A DNA stretch of 64,000 nt from Eledone cirrhosa (GCA_964016885.1 CAXHJY010000702.1:131428-195427), one strand, 5' to 3'; positions 25,240-40,712 are shown, numbered from the stretch's first letter. Numbers and translations are program-made. Notes: a model not told the origin generated them from the letters alone.

Positions 25240-25665
25240 ATCCTCATTATCATTTTTATGTCAGTTTTTCCAGTTACATGGGTTGGATGGGCCTTTTTCA
25301 GCACAGCATCTCTCCACTCATTGTGATTCTTCATCATCTCCACTGAGTTTCAGCATTTTGAGATCAGATCTCACTACCTCTGCCCAGATCTTCCATAGCC
25401 TTCCTCTACTGAGACTTCTTCCCAGTGAGGTTTCTTGCACATCTTCTCCCAGTAAGCCCCATCCATGCACTTCACATGTCCATACCAATGTAGTTTTCTC
25501 TCTTGCACAATATTCAGTTTCTCTCTCAATTCATCCAAAATCTGTCATTCTCTAACATTAACATTGCACATTGATCAAAGCATGCTTGCTTCACTTTTTT
25601 GCCACCTGTGCATATCTTCTACAGTCACTGCCCATGTTTCAAAGCCATGCAGCATAGCACTTTGT
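25240..25665 (-). mobile_element. Old degraded RTE 3' fragment
   Basis: Decayed similarity to the RTE C-terminus and tail (CATGGGTTGGA, CACATGTCCATACCA, CACTGCCCATGTTTC). Confidence 0.6.
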
Positions 25666-25671
25666 ACATAT

Positions 25672-26575
25672 CAATCATCATCATCATCAACGTTTAACGT
25701 CCATGTTCCACGCTTGCATGGGTTTGGACGGGGGTAGTCCCACTTGAGGCAAGAGTGATTGTCTTGCTTGCATAGGACTGTCTGGCAGGTTTTCTACAGT
25801 TGGATGCCCTTCCTAACACCAACCACATTTACAGTGTGGGTCTGGGAGGTTTTTACCGTGTTGCCTACACGGCCACATTACAGCGGGGACTGTGTGTTTT
25901 TTTGTCGTGACACCTACACGATCTCATTTGTTTCGGCCTGGATGGTGCGGCACCAACATAACTTTACATAGAATGGGTGGGGTGGGGGTGGTGGGGGTGG
26001 GACGGGGTGTATTTTGTTAGAGATGCCTACTGGCTGTAGTAGGTTTTACTATGTATTTAGGTAAAGCGGGTCTTCTCTGTTACTGAGTACCGCCAAAGGT
26101 CTCGGGCCAGTGACATTGTCTTGGAGAGGTGTAAGTGTGTGAGGTCGGAGTTTATCAGCTCGTCCCAGGTTTTTCTAGGTCTGCCTATTCCGTGGCTACC
26201 GTCTATCTTTATTGCCCTGCACTTTGTTATACAGCTATCGACTTTCATGCGCATCACGTGTCCATACCAACGTAGCCTTCTCTCGAGTAAACAACATCTG
26301 ATCCCTCTTATTTCTAATTTTTTCCTTAGTTCGTTTATGCTTTGCCGTTCACGTATATTACTGTTACACATCCATCGGAGCATGCAAGCTTCGTTCATCT
26401 CTAGTCTGCGTATATCCTCTGCACACAATGCCCAGGTCTCACTGCCATGCAACATTGCTGTTCGTATGCAGGCATCGTACAACCTGCCTTTCATTTTTAG
26501 GGAGAACCCTTTAGCAGCTAATAGTGGTATAAGCTCTCTGAACCTTTTCCAACCAGTTCTGACTCTAGCTACTGT
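25672..26575 (-). mobile_element. 5'-truncated young RTE copy
   Basis: ORF 26057-26632 matches the RTE C-terminus from VARVRTGW. 3' UTR and (ATC)n tail present. Confidence 0.92.
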
Positions 26576-29500
26576 AATGAGGTAAAAACCCTGGAAACAA
26601 AAAAGTGAATAGAGGTGCCTGCAAGGAATCAAACCCCATATCTCATATGCTGGGTGAGTACATTATCCAATACACAAAGTGTTACATGACCACCAGTTTC
26701 TGGTTTTCAGATTCTAAGCCGGCAGCTAAATGTATAAACATCCAGTTTGACTTAATAATCATTGGGAAAATTTGAAATCTGAAATGTAGTCATCCCAGTG
26801 TAAATGACTATAACAAAAGTTCATCACTCACCATGCATCCCCCTCTTTCCATATCCAAAGATTCTTTACCTGATTTTTATTTCTCTATTGTTTATGATCA
26901 ACTATTGTTATAGCTATTTATAGTGTGGTGTTTATATTTAAAATACATGTTGACAAAGAAATCCAAATATAATTTTCTAAAAAAAATTGTAATAAATGTT
27001 AAGGAAATAGGGATGGTTATTGCATAACTAAATCATATATTTCATAATTGTTGTATTTTGATATAAACTTTATATATATATTGTATATATATACTGGCTG
27101 CATTATATATATTGTATATATGCTAGCTTCACTGTCATGACTCTAACAATTTTCAATTATTTCATTTTATGCTGGGATATTGAAACATGAGAGTGGTGAA
27201 TTGGCAGAGCTGTTACAGTGTCGGATTATAAATGCTTCAGGTTGCTTTAGCTCTTTGCACTCTGAGTTCAAATTCCACTTTGCCTGTCTTCATTTCAAAT
27301 CTTCTACTGAGGTTGATTCTTCCTCTATCTCTATTTATCAATTTCTCTCTATCTTTACACTCTCTCATATTCTGTCTCTCTCTTTCCCTCTCCTCTCTCC
27401 CCCTCCCTTCCCCTCTCTCCTCTTGCTCTCTGCACACTTTCAAATTCCATTGTTTTCAACTTCGTCATCATTTAATGGTCAATAAATTACCAGTCCAGTA
27501 CTGGGTCTAATTCTTCCTTTATCCTTCCGCCTCTCTCTCTCTCCATAACAAACTTGGACAGAGAAAGACTCAACCAGTTTTAAATGACTAATACAAGCAG
27601 TATGTTATGACAGCAGTGTTACATCTCCACCAGAATTTCAGCGATCAAAACCGGATGAATGAGCAGGGATTAAAAATGTTTTTAGAGTTTTCTATTATTT
27701 ATTAAATCTAATTTTATTTGGCTTAATTGCTTAAAGTGCCTAGCTGTTACCTATATGGTATGGGGTTCGATTCCTCATAGCAGTTGATTGCAACTCCTTT
27801 CTGCCAGGAATTGGGACCAGTAGATTGGATCAGCAATTTGAAATACCAATGGAAACATTGTATCCTCAGTTCAATCTGACGAATCCCACCTCACTCGGTA
27901 AGCAAATAAGGTCTGCGATCTTGTCAATTCAGTTCAATTTTATTTGTAATTCATTGAAATGGAACAGTCTAGGGTTGTACATCAATTACTAATGGAGAAC
28001 AGATTCTATTCTGCTTACGGACAAATAATGCAGCTATACTTGATTTTACATCATTCCCAGCTTACAAAGAGACCTTGCTACTAGTATTAAATAAGTCATC
28101 CAAATGTTTAATACTAATTTCCAGTTAGAATTACTGAGGTAATTTAATATGAACACTTAAACATTTGTTACGTATAGTAAGTTACTTCATCAAGCAATAA
28201 GTGTTTATTGTATACATTGGATGTAAAATTTTGTATATATGAAAACATCATAAATCTATAAGAGCTTATACAATGGTTATGCAAAATATATATATTCGCT
28301 CAGTGAATTCCTCAGTTATCCCATTCAAGATCTTATCTACATTTATGATCTTAATTTCATTTCGCAGTTATTTCTCTACCACCCATAAAATGATAATGTT
28401 CACATATATGTTTTTAGATGAGGTTCTGGAAATGTTAGAGTAATTTTCTTCTCACATAAAAATTATTACTTGACTTTCATAAGGGATGCTACATTGATTA
28501 CGATGATTCTCTATAGATTTGAATTGATACTAAAGAAATGTACACACACACACTGTCATACACACTGACGATCTTTGCCACAATAACATAAACCTTCCTG
28601 TAGAAAATGTCACCACTCAACATTTAATGTTTTGTGCTTCAGACAATAAACTCTGGGCAATCTTTACAAGTTGAACAGTCAGTATTATTGAATAAATAAA
28701 TACAGTAATACAACCATGACATTTTCAGTTTTTGGTATGAATTTCATTTACAAATGTTGAGTTCATTTTCTACCTTGGAATTGTTTTGGTGGGTTCAATA
28801 ATAATTTTTTACTTTTGGTACAAGTCCAGCAATTACCCCAGTACATTACTGGTGCTTTATTTTATCGACTCCATAAGGGTGAAAGGCAAAGCTAATCTGT
28901 CAATCCACTGCTTTGAGAGGGGGGGGGGTCTATAATAATAGTGTTTCTTGGTTTAAATCATGGTAAATTTAGGAAATTAATAGTAAATTGATTTGCTTTG
29001 AATTAGTATCATACTGTTACATATTGTACTAAAACGAGCAAAAGTATAGTCAATAATAAAAAGACTACAGATCAAATAAATCAAACTTTACCAAAATACA
29101 TTATAGAGAAAACAATTCACCAGTGATGCACTCTATTGTAAAGTTAATTAAAAATTATAAATTGAAAATTATATTCTAAGAAGTATTTAATAATCTATTT
29201 AAGCTTATTTTGAATAACTGAAGGTAACAATTTATGAACAACTACTAATTACTATTCGTTGACCTTTCATACCCTCAATGTTCCTTGCCCTCCAATGACC
29301 TCCCTACACTCCCATACTTTCCAGTACCACCTTTGAATCTTCTGGAAAGCCCAGAAATGCAACAGCACTCACTTTGAGAAACAGTAAATTAAATACTGAA
29401 AGCCATTATTCAAGAATGTTGTTATTTCTTTTAACTCACTCTTCGTTAATGATTCATAATAATTATAACAATTTCTAATTTTGGCATATTGTCACAAATT

Positions 29501-32076
29501 TGTGGGAATGATATAATCAAGTAAATTGGCCTACATATTTAGTAAATAATTGGTTAATATTCACCAACAGAAGAAATGAAAAAATTACTAAGTCACAAAA
29601 TAATAAAGGCTGGATTTACATAAGTTAGAATTGTTCTAATTATCAAAGCCTGAAAACAAAAACATGTTTGCATGTTTACCTCATTAGGTAGAAATTGTTA
29701 TCTAGAGCTAGAGTTGATACCATATATAATAATAATAATATCTACAGAGAGAGATAGAGTGAATGCATGTGGCCAAGTGTTTAGGGTGTTGACACACCAT
29801 CACAATGTAATAAGTACAATTCCTAACTGGGTAGCACATATTCTTCAGCATGATACTTCATTGTACAATAGGACTGGTGACACTGTCACTAAAACATCCA
29901 AGAAACCAACTAGGAGATGAAATCCTATTTGTGGCCAGTTAAACCTGCATAGGTGAGAGAAGCGGAAAGAGATCCTTATTTTGAGTCTATTTTTCATGCT
30001 GGCATGCATTAGGCATTCTGCGTCAGTTCTTATATGGAGTTATTTGAATATGTCTTACTCATACATCCAATTTAGGGCATGGTTTCTACAGCTGAATGCT
30101 CTTCTTACAACCAGCTACTTTAAACATTGTACTAGATTCATTTTATCATAACACCAACTCTAGAAAAGTTGTCATACATTTGATGTGACGAAATAAACCT
30201 CTATACCTTATGTTGTTATTATTTACAGGGGCAACACAATTAATTTTATCATGGCAACAAAATTAGAGTAGGTACCATGTCCTTAACTTAACTGGAAGTC
30301 TTTTCTACCATCTATTCTCACTGTTAAGTCATTAATCATATGGTATACAAAGTTGGCAAATTTAGAACCAATTACTAACAGTTTGTTTAAAATTGCAATT
30401 TATTTAGAATAGCGGGGATTGGTTATAATGATTCCTTACAATTCCTCATTAATATATTGTAAAATGTATAGACATAAAAAATGAAGTAAATCCAAAAATA
30501 GAAAACTGCTTGTAAAATATATAGGAACTTCTAGAAGACTACACTACTCTTCTTAGGTGAAGATTTAGGAAGTATTAAGTTCTGCTGAATATTACAGAGC
30601 ATTAACTTGTTTCCTTCATGGAGAGATATGCAATGTAAAGGTTAGATGTATAAAATCACTTATCTTGTATTTATTGTTTGTTAACAGTGGAGATTAAATA
30701 TATGCTACAGAAAATAAATGGATTTATTGAAGATGTTTGGTGCCACAGCAAAACTCCTCCAGTCAACACAGTAAAGTGTTTTTATTTGTGACATGACAAA
30801 ACGCAGCATGGCCACACTGAAAAGTGCTCATGTTGGTGACGCAACAATAATGACGAATGAGCAACATCAATTTTTCCCATTTTAGTATTAACCCCTCTTA
30901 CTAATACCGCTCCTGGAAACAAAGGGATACTTTGCCCAAGTGAACAACAGATTGTATGATGGCTGCTTATGTAATGTGATATTGCATGGTAGTTAGATAT
31001 GAATATTAAATTCAGACGATGTGTGAAAACAAGAGGATATGAATAGAGAGTGATTAGACTCTGAAAGGCAAGGTTTACCACAGCAGAATTGAACACAGAA
31101 TGAAGAGAGTTTGAACAAATACAAAACATTTAGTCCTATACTGTACTATAGAACAACAAATCAACACATATTCTCTTTTTTTTAAATAGTCATAAAGAAA
31201 TGAATTCACATCGATTGTAGATTTGATCTTGAAACCTTTTATTAATGAACCCACAACGTATGATCTCATCTAAATTCCACTTAACTTAGGTCATTCTGCC
31301 TGGTTTCTTGTGAAAAGATCACATATATTTAGTATATACATGATAGGTTTGTTATTTTTAAAGATACCATATATAACATATGGGTCAAGCTGATGAAGCT
31401 ATTAGTGTCATGAACAAACTACAATTTTTGTATAATTCTCTTTTTCTGCTTACTTTGGTAACTGCTTTTAGGGGTCTCTTGGGCTTTCTTCCAACAATTA
31501 TGCTGACCCAATCTTTCCTGAGGTCATTTCTGCCTTGGCATGAACCAAAACCTCAAACCACATAATTATCTATTAATTATCCAAATCTTTTGGTGTCCTG
31601 CCATTAACCCCCTTGCCTTTGTTATCTAATTTCTGGCTAATTATACTGGCTCAAGTAGAGTTAAGTATCTGGTTTCAGGGTAAGGCACAATACATGCCAG
31701 TAATGTGATAACAATTTTCTAGCCAAATATTCAATATGTTTATATACTCAAGTTTATAGAATTTGTAAATACTTTGTTTTGAGCCTATCAACCTGTATTC
31801 CAATGTTTGAATATAGCCAATCAACTCTATATTTTTATGTTTGACTATATCATGCCAACCTAATATTCCAGTGTGTCCCACCAGCCTGGCATTCCAATGT
31901 GTAAATAAATCTCACCAACTATTTAATATGTTCGACTTATATTCCAATATTAGACTATATATCTCTAACATTGACTGAGAACTAATGACAAAGCAGCTCA
32001 AGTTAAGAAAAATGTTTTACACGCAGTTGAGCCACTGAACAACAGAGCCTGTCCTTGTGAGATGAAACCAACTTAC

Positions 32077-32188
32077 CAATGTGTACCACATGCTCTCTCT
32101 CAGCCCTACATAATGCCTCCCCACTGGCTCCAGTGGTGCCTGGCCTTTCTGGTTCTGCCTGAAATGCCTCCAAACTGCTGTTCATCAT
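32077..32188 (-). CDS. Candidate first coding exon of an unidentified host gene (MMNSSLEAFQAEPERPGTTGASGEALCRAEREHVVHI, phase 1)
   Basis: GC-richer unique island, ACAATG start context, open frame ending at a consensus donor TTG|GTAAGT (32076-32071). No homology recognised. Confidence 0.35.
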
Positions 32189-33667
32189 TGTAGAGCCAAC
32201 CTTCAGAAATGGGGATATAACACTGATGCTTCTAACTGCCAATACAGGCAATTACAAACAATGAATCAATTTCTATTTTGCCCGAATCTTTAAGATTCAA
32301 GCAGACTTAACGATCTTGAAACCTTAACACCCAGGCCAGGATGGGTGTGTTGTAACAACTCGATAAGAAGAATCCCACTAGCATTTCCCTTGTTTCGCTA
32401 TATCCTTACCAACTGAGTATTCTGTTCTGTTACATACTTCTGTTTATTCCTGTTATATACCTTCATTTCTGCCTGAATCAGTGATCATTCTACATAATTG
32501 CTTTTGCCTAAGTTCTACATTGTTTTTATTTTTGTCAAGTTTAGACATTTGTGATCTACCATATATATTTGTATACAAGTTGAGAAATATGTGACAAAAT
32601 TCCACAGTAAAATGGTGTCGGCTTATATTCGAGGTCAACATTTTGCCAATTTACACTACCTTCAAATTTTACATAAATGAAGTGCTAAAATATTTTTTGC
32701 TTTGAAGGGGAATATTACACCAGTTGCATTTTAGAGGTGAATATTATACATTGGTTTTACTTTAACTTTTTGCTTGTCCTGACATTGGTTGGATGGGAGC
32801 TGTTGAGACAATGTTTTATAACTGGTTACCTTTCCTGATACCAACATTTTTAGTTATTATGATATACTGTGATATAATGTACCAAGTTTAGAAACCAGAA
32901 TACACACAGTAGATTTAATTATTTAAGGAAGATCGTAAACAGATCAACATTCTTGTTTCCCTACTACCTTTTTCATTTTCCATATAAATTTAAATACAAA
33001 GTGATTAGGTTTGATTCATGGACTTGCTTGTATAGTATATCCTTAATCAAACACATCTTTTCACATTGCTTCAGTTCATTTGGCTAAGAAATGGGTTCTA
33101 ATAACAGCTGCATTTTACACTGCATATTGTACTTCCTGTCACTAAATGTTTTCAACACCAAGATAAGTTGCTGCTAGGCTCTAGGTTTGGAATAAACTTT
33201 AACTAAAACCTATTCATCAATAATAAGATAAATTGGTACTGTGTAGGTTTTTATATTCTCAGCTTATATAATTAAAATCATGTGATGATAACATATGTTC
33301 ATATTTTTACTGTTATAGAAAATAAGAGAATTGATCATACTATTAAGAAAAAAGAATTATGTAATTATAATGTTTGTCAGATGAAATATTTTCTTTCAAC
33401 ATATCTTTCTTGAAATCAGGTGTTATTATGTAAGCCTTCATTTTTAGTCTTCAGTATGTTTCACTTACAACAAACTTTAACAACAAACATATTATAAGAT
33501 AAACTACTTTTAATGCAATTGCTAGAGAATAACAGAAATAAATGCTGCTAACAAAAACAAATCTTTTCTTTATTTGGTTATTTGCCATGGAGTATAATCA
33601 AGTTCTCAAATATAATACTGCTTGGTGTTGTGTTCAATGGCCAATAGATCTAACTTTTATTTTACAC

Positions 33668-33705
<38 letters not shown>

Positions 33706-35029
33706 GAGCTGACCTTCAGAGGTCATGTGCAGTTAGTTGCCAAAAATAAAAGATAAGAATATGTGGGAGAAACAATGAGGCTATTTTTAAGTAGGTACTC
33801 TGGACTGTAATATCCTGCTTCTGGCTGACAGATTGCCCACTTCAAAAAAAATCCAAGAGCTTAAATGAAATTTAAGGTTACTGAGTGGTAGCTGATGTGC
33901 CAGTATAACCCTTTTCTTTCCAAAACTGTTTTGGCAGAAATATGTGGCTTCCAGTTGAGTCATCTTAACTCAATGAAGTGAACACAAGACAAAATGACAA
34001 AAAATTTAAAAAAACAAGAAAACTTCCTTCTATTCTTGAGAATTCAGAATTTATGCCCAGTAAAATGTTTTAAATACTTTTTATTCCAGCTTTCCAAAAA
34101 CAGTCCCTGGTTCTATGCAAAAATACAACCCATTTTCAGGGGTTGCGGATTTATATAAAAATCTGCCAACATAATTTTATGTATGAACCATTTTAATACA
34201 TTTGATATCAGCCTAGTCCAAACTTGCTCAGATTCTATGAAACAAAACTAGCCATTTTAAAGGGTTCAAACATAATGTTATCGAAGAAACATATGTTAAG
34301 TTTCTATCATGGTCATGAAACAACTAATAGTGTTAGTAAATCCCTCAAAATTCTTCCTTAAATTATTCAAATACCTCATTTTTCATTAAAAATACTCACA
34401 CACAAAGGATTAATAATATTGTCAAAGAGGATGTGCAACACCTATTCGCCTTTTCATGTCTTCTGGAACTAGTGGAAGGAGGGGCAAATATTTTCCTTGA
34501 CATGCATACTTATAATAAAGTTGGCAAAAAAGCCTAATTGTCTAAATCTTTAAATTTCAATATTGCCTAAATCTTTAAATTTCAATATGCTGGAGGAATA
34601 ATGGGGAGCATTAATATTTTTTTTTTAGGATCATTTATGTACATATACTTGCAAAAAGGAGTATTTGTTATGTGCTACGATGACAAAGCTAGAATGTATG
34701 ACTTTGGCTTTTTTTTTTTTTATTCAGATATTTTAATTTCATTCACAAATAGCTGGTGCATTATAGTAGTTGTCTTCAGTTTGTACATGGAATTATATTA
34801 GGAATTCTACTATTTTCAATAGGTTACAATCTATAATACAGGATTTTTTTCAGGCCATTCATTGTACCTTAAAAATTGATGTTCAATGAATTAAGTTTAA
34901 TACTTAAACTATTATAAAATCATTAGAGAAATAAAGTTCAATTTTGCTTTTTTACATATTGTACATTTACTGAGGGGCAAACATCTTGTTCTTCTTTAGT
35001 TCTGAGACTTTGTCGTCATTATTATTATT

Positions 35030-35210
35030 ATTGGCAGTATCGGTAGAGGGTCGGACGCCATGCTTTGACGCATAGAGTTACGGCCATTGCCATTCTGAGT
35101 TCAAATCCCGCTGAGGTTAACTTTGCCTTTCATCCTTACGGGGTAGATAAAATAAAGTATCAGTAATGACTGGGTAATTGCTAGCCTTGTGCCAAAAGTA
35201 GAAACAATTA
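35030..35210 (+). mobile_element. SINE of a second family
   Basis: TGGCAG..CGGTAGA and CTGAGTTCAAATCCCGCTGAGGTTAACTTTGCCTTTCATCC. Close inverted copy at 44820-45003, decayed copies near 15870, 23125, 27260, 28850, 31070 and 45090. Confidence 0.7.
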
Positions 35211-35389
35211 TTAATATTTTATACTTACTTTCCATGCTCAAATGGCTTGGATGTATTATCATTGTCCAAGGCTAGACATTTAAGATTACCATGTCTTGAA
35301 CATACCTTCCAATATTTTGCATAGTTTCTATGACTGGATGCCCTTTGCAATGCCAAGCACATTGCAAGAGAATTCTGTCCATGTCATCA

Positions 35390-36980
35390 TAGTATTTTTA
35401 CTGTTGAAAACCATAATATACCATCTCCACCATCTCTAACATCAAATTCGATAACAACTATGGAATTTACACCTGCAATGTTGCAACGTGACCTTAAGAA
35501 TAAGCACAACTATGCCTCCCCTGGTCTTGATGGTTTTACATACCTGCTTCTCAAACGTGGCGGGTACTTCCTTTTGCACCAGCTTTCTTTCTTCTTTCAA
35601 TACTGTCTCAACAATGGTGCTACTCCGGAGCAGTGGAAAACTGCCAGTGTCATTCCCCTGTTCAAAAAGGACAACTGCATGTCACCTGTCAACTATCGTC
35701 CAGTCAGTCTTACTAGCTGTATTGCCAAACTGATGGAATCCTGTGTCAGAGAAACACTTTGGAACTTCTGGAGCTCTCACAGCCTCATCCGGCCCTCGCA
35801 GTTTGGATTTATCCCTAACTCCAGCTGCTGTGATCAGCTTATCGATGTGAGGGATGATCTTTTTAACTGGTTGAAATCCTTCATTCTCAGCTGAAAAGAG
35901 GTAGTCACGGTTCTAGGACAGCATTCTTCACTATATCAGATGTCATCTGGTGTACCACAGGGATCTGTTCTTTGTTCGTGGCATATATTAATGACATAGA
36001 TGCCAACTTAAAGAACTCCATGGTACTGAAATATGCAGATGACATGAAGCTGTACCTTGAAATCTACAAATCTTTCCTACAATCAGACCTGGACACAATG
36101 CAGCAATGGATCACAGAGTGGCAACTGAAGCTGGCTGTGGACAAGTGTACCACCATGCATTTTGGGAGGAAAAATCCAGCGTCCACATACTCCCTCCACA
36201 ACACTGATATCAAGAAGTCCTCTTGTGAACGTGACCTGGGCATTACTGTCAGCAGCGATTTATGTTGGACAAAGCATGTCTCTAAGATTGTCAAGAAGGC
36301 CGAGGGTGTCTTGGCATCACTCAGCAAGACCTTTGTTAGCAGCTCTCCAGCCATCTATTTAAAGCTGTATACAGCTATGGTACGACCACACTTGGAATTC
36401 GCATCATCAGTCTGGAACCCCTATCTTGCTCAGAACATTGACCTCCTGGAAACTGTTCAGAGATGTGCAACCAAGCGCATACCCTCCATCAGATACCTAC
36501 CATACTCTGAACGCCTTGCTTCCCTGGGCATGGATTCATTGAAGCTCTGACGTCTGGCAATGGACTTGGTAAACACCCACAAAGTTATTAACCATCTCGC
36601 CAACAACAACCCTGACCACCTTTTTGATCTCCATGTGTCTAACACACGTGGACATGCCTACAAAATCAGAAAACAGCACAGCTCCCATGACTTTCGTAAA
36701 CATTTTTTCACGTTCAGAGTTGCTGAAGCATGGAACAAACTGCCTGCGTCAGTTGTTAGCTGCCGAGACACTGCATCCTTTAAAACCCTCATGCTTCCCG
36801 AAATACGCCAAAGCTACACCTGATGTACCCCTTCCATACACATGCACACATGTGTATATCATGACTCATGCACTGTTCATTTTCCTGACGTTTGTACATT
36901 ACCCTATGTACTATACATACACTTTTTGATGAGTTGTAGTGCACCTGAGCACTGTACACAATAGTTCATTATTATTATTA
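35390..36980 (+). mobile_element. 5'-truncated, internally deleted CR1-group LINE
   Basis: NYRPVSLTS, QFGF, GVPQGSV, YADD, RDLGI, VRPHLEFASSVWNP, TRGH, RVAEAWNKLP, with stops and deletions. 3' hairpin GTAGTGC/GCACTGT and (ATT)n tail. Confidence 0.9.
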
Positions 36981-38269
36981 TAGCACCAACACTAGTGGAA
37001 ATACTATGTAATCAGCAAGACTGAAGACTCTTCTCTCTGCTATACTGTCTGTTTAATCACCAACCATTTTACAAAATATATCGAGTGTATATTATCATCA
37101 TACTGAGTGGTTACCATTGTGATAATAATACTAGAATGGTTGTCTTCTCCATAGTATGTTTAAAAAGACTCTTCCTCTCCCTGCAGTCACCAACCTCTTG
37201 CCACTTTAAATGAGTCATAAATTTCCTGCAACTATATATAAAATTATACGATTTTTTATATGATGTATCAGGGCCATTTGATAATGAAAACAAAAGAACA
37301 CATTCCCATGTATGTTACTTCATTCCATGCACTATTGAACCGAGAAATCAGTGCCCAATGATATAAAGATGGCTTTATATATTGATTACTTCAATTTTAC
37401 TGTGGGTCCTACATCAAACTCTAATTACTAGCTTATTTCTGGCTATATAAACAAACACGGCTAGAATAAATTATAGTCTAATCTTCTGTATGTGCTAACC
37501 AGGAATACAAATTCAGACAGGTGGTTTTAAATTACTCCCTCAGATTGACAATTTTGTATTCAGTCTAGCAAGTAGCGTTATACAGGAAAAGAAAAAATTA
37601 ATGAAGATAAAAGTTAATTACAATTGAAAGAAAATGAAATTTCTTAACATGGATTGATAAACTGTTATCAATAAACAAGTGTTTCCAAATAAGAAAACAG
37701 GCTTCCTCTATCCATATCAATTATGTTTTGTTTCTTGAATAATTTTGGTGAGACTAAGCTTTTAATTTTAACTGAGTGCAAACAGAAAAACATGTCTTCC
37801 ATAAAAATGAGGAGCAAGGACAAAACATATTATTTGTCATGAATATCATTGCATGAAAAGAGAATATCAAAACACAAAGCTTGAGAGATGGTGGGTGGGA
37901 GAATAAAGAAACATAAAAATCCAATTTAAATTTGAACAAATTCAAGAATTATTGTTTTTAGTTCTGTTTCTGGTTTGTCATTTTTATTGGAGAAATTTGG
38001 GTTCTGTGACAATTTTATTGATTTCTAGGCTTTTAAGAAGCACCATGTCAGCAGCTTGTTTTGTTATTGAATTGAAACAGATCAATATAACTTTGCATAT
38101 TGATATTTTTACAAATAACATATGAAGTAACTGTATTTCAATATTATAGTAAACTACTCTGCTAGGTATTAAAATACAATACTTAATACAGCTTTATTCT
38201 ATTTTACTTGATAATATTAAACACTATCGCTTTTAAACTTAATACATCAATATTTAGTATTTTGTGTGA

Positions 38270-38353
<84 letters not shown>

Positions 38354-38456
38354 GTGTATGTATATGTATATAGGTGAAGAATAAACAAGACAAACATAGT
38401 GATGCAAAACAAAAAAAAGTCTCAATTTCACATTTAAGAAGAAACAAATAAAGGTT

Positions 38457-38489
38457 TTAATGTATCGGACATAAGCCCTTCTTCAGGAA
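38457..38489 (-). ncRNA. Degenerate Penelope-type minimal hammerhead motif
   Basis: Minus strand TTC-CTGAAGA-A-GGGC.TTAT.GTCC-GATACATTAA, with the GAAA box mutated. About 100 bp from a TA tract. Confidence 0.4.
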
Positions 38490-40430
38490 ATCGTAATTTC
38501 AGAGACAGAAAATACTGGAACAATAGTGTTTGGAATTAATCTGGAAGATGTCATTCTCAATAAAAATTGAGTTAGACAGATGAATACAAACTCAATGCCC
38601 CTCCTTTGTTAGGCATACACCTACCAATGTAACTTAGTTATAAGTGACTTTAGAGTTAGAGCCAGCCAGATGAACATGCAGACAGTAGGCATTTTGGAAT
38701 AAAATATGGAAGTTACAGGAGCCATCAGATGGTCCACGACATTTAAGACAATAAATTCAAAGAGAAAGAGATTTTCAATATAGAAAAGCAAAAGTTTCTG
38801 AGAGATAATCTTCTGAGGTTTGCAGACAAGATCTATGGCTGGAACATGGTGACATGGTAGTAGAATAGTAGGTTGGACAAGGCCAAGTAAATCTAAGAGA
38901 GAGGCATGAAAAAACTGGCGGGATAAGGAAAGCAGATTTCTCTACCAAGAAACTTGGTGTCGGGTAAATTCTGAAAAGGGGAAATGGAAAATATAAAGTT
39001 TGTACATGCCCTATGCTGTGAGGATTAAAATCATGAGATATTCTGAATTGCAAAGCAGTCTGTTAGAGAAAAGATTCTGTAATTGAGATGTTTGTCTGTA
39101 ATAACAATGGTTCACCTGCCCTCACAGATGCAGAAATAGAAAGGGTGGAAATGACAAAATACATGGGAGAAGGAATTCTTACTCTAGGTTGGCCCAACTG
39201 AGGAACTTGCCGTCCAAATTAACATATGTATGGTTAGTAAGGGAATGAAAGAGATGTGAAATGGTAAAGCAGCTGGACAATGAGGGATAGTTTTTCATGA
39301 ACACAGTATGCCCCTGCTTTGCAAATTGAATTAACAATGTTATGATCATGAGTTCACTATCCTACACATTGGGCCATCAGCCTTCACAAATAGTAAACCA
39401 GCATTTTGTTTATTCTTTGTGACTGTAGTACATTCTTATGTGGGCACCTAACAAATCTATGCCAATAGATAACATTTTTGAAATATTTGTGTATAAATGC
39501 TTTATCAAATCACAATAAAGCAAGATATCTATAGGAGTTAATCTGTGTTCATCTTTGCATCTGCTGTGGGCTGCTTTTGTCTTTTGGCTTACAGTTGTAT
39601 ATAATTCATTCATATTATTGTTACTTTTTAGATACATCTTCATTTAGAAACTTAGTGAAATGAAACTTTGTAAATTAATTACTTAATGACATTTACATAA
39701 TATTCATAGCTATTCAGCTTCAAATGTCAAGCCCCTTGGAATACATTACTTCAAGAAAGATTGTTTTTGAAGCCTTTTGGCAGTATCTAGATTTATAGAT
39801 CTACTCTCAATTGCTAGAAGATAAATTGAAAACTGTTAATAGCTTTCATTCTTTTCTACCAAATTCTACATGTACATTTGCATACACACATGTTCATTTT
39901 GGCATGAATTATTTTTCCTGTTCATGTAGTTATGAAAAAAAGCTATAGGTTAATTTGGCTTGTTGAATATTGAGATTTCCAAAATGCAGATATATTCCTC
40001 GGTTAAAAATACAATTTCCATGATTGTGTCATTTCCAGTGATTCAAATGTGTTAAAGGAATTTTCAAATATATTTTGAGAGAATATTTACATAAAAAAGA
40101 ATTCTTTGAAAAAGTGTTGGAGTGTTGAAAAATGTAAATATGTATGAGCATAGATGTAATAGTAGACATTTCATGTTATTGCTGCCACATACACATGCAT
40201 ATAAACAAGCATCATCATTATCATTTTTGCATCTGCATTTCCATACTGGCATGGGTTGGATTTGCATGTGCATATCAGTCTATATCTGTGTGTGTATATA
40301 TATATATATACGATATATATATGTTTTCACATACTTTATATACATACACATATACATATATATATATATGCACACATATATATATATATATATATACATG
40401 TATATATATATATATATATATACATATATA

Positions 40431-40690
40431 TGGTGGCTGCCAACTCGTTTTCGAGTACGGCCACTACTTTATATCATGTAGGAGAAACCCTACCGATGCG
40501 CTGAACGAGTGTGACTTTTTAGTCCAGCCAGCGACTTGAAAACTCTGATACAAACACTACACTTGTGACAATTATTGACACATAGTGCTGGGCCCATGGT
40601 ACCATGTGACAAGTGCAGAGAGATCACCAGATATAAAGCAATGCCTGTGCCGTGAAGCTTTTATAGTGAGCAAAGGCACTGCACAAAGCC
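40431..40690 (-). mobile_element. More strongly truncated copy of the RTE-5'UTR-derived element
   Basis: Matches 16288-16551, TA tract on both sides. Confidence 0.8.
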
Positions 40691-40712
40691 ATATATATAT
40701 ATATATACACAT

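Noticed and set aside
26610-26690. tRNA-like segments (minus 26610-26690; plus 27718-27785)
   Set aside because: Only decayed A/B-box-like motifs without an intact cloverleaf. Probably old SINE heads, not tRNA genes.
38775-39330. Possible decayed DIRS-like coding remnant on the minus strand
   Set aside because: Only vague motif resemblance (DCFA, YFPFP), which cannot be supported without a profile search.
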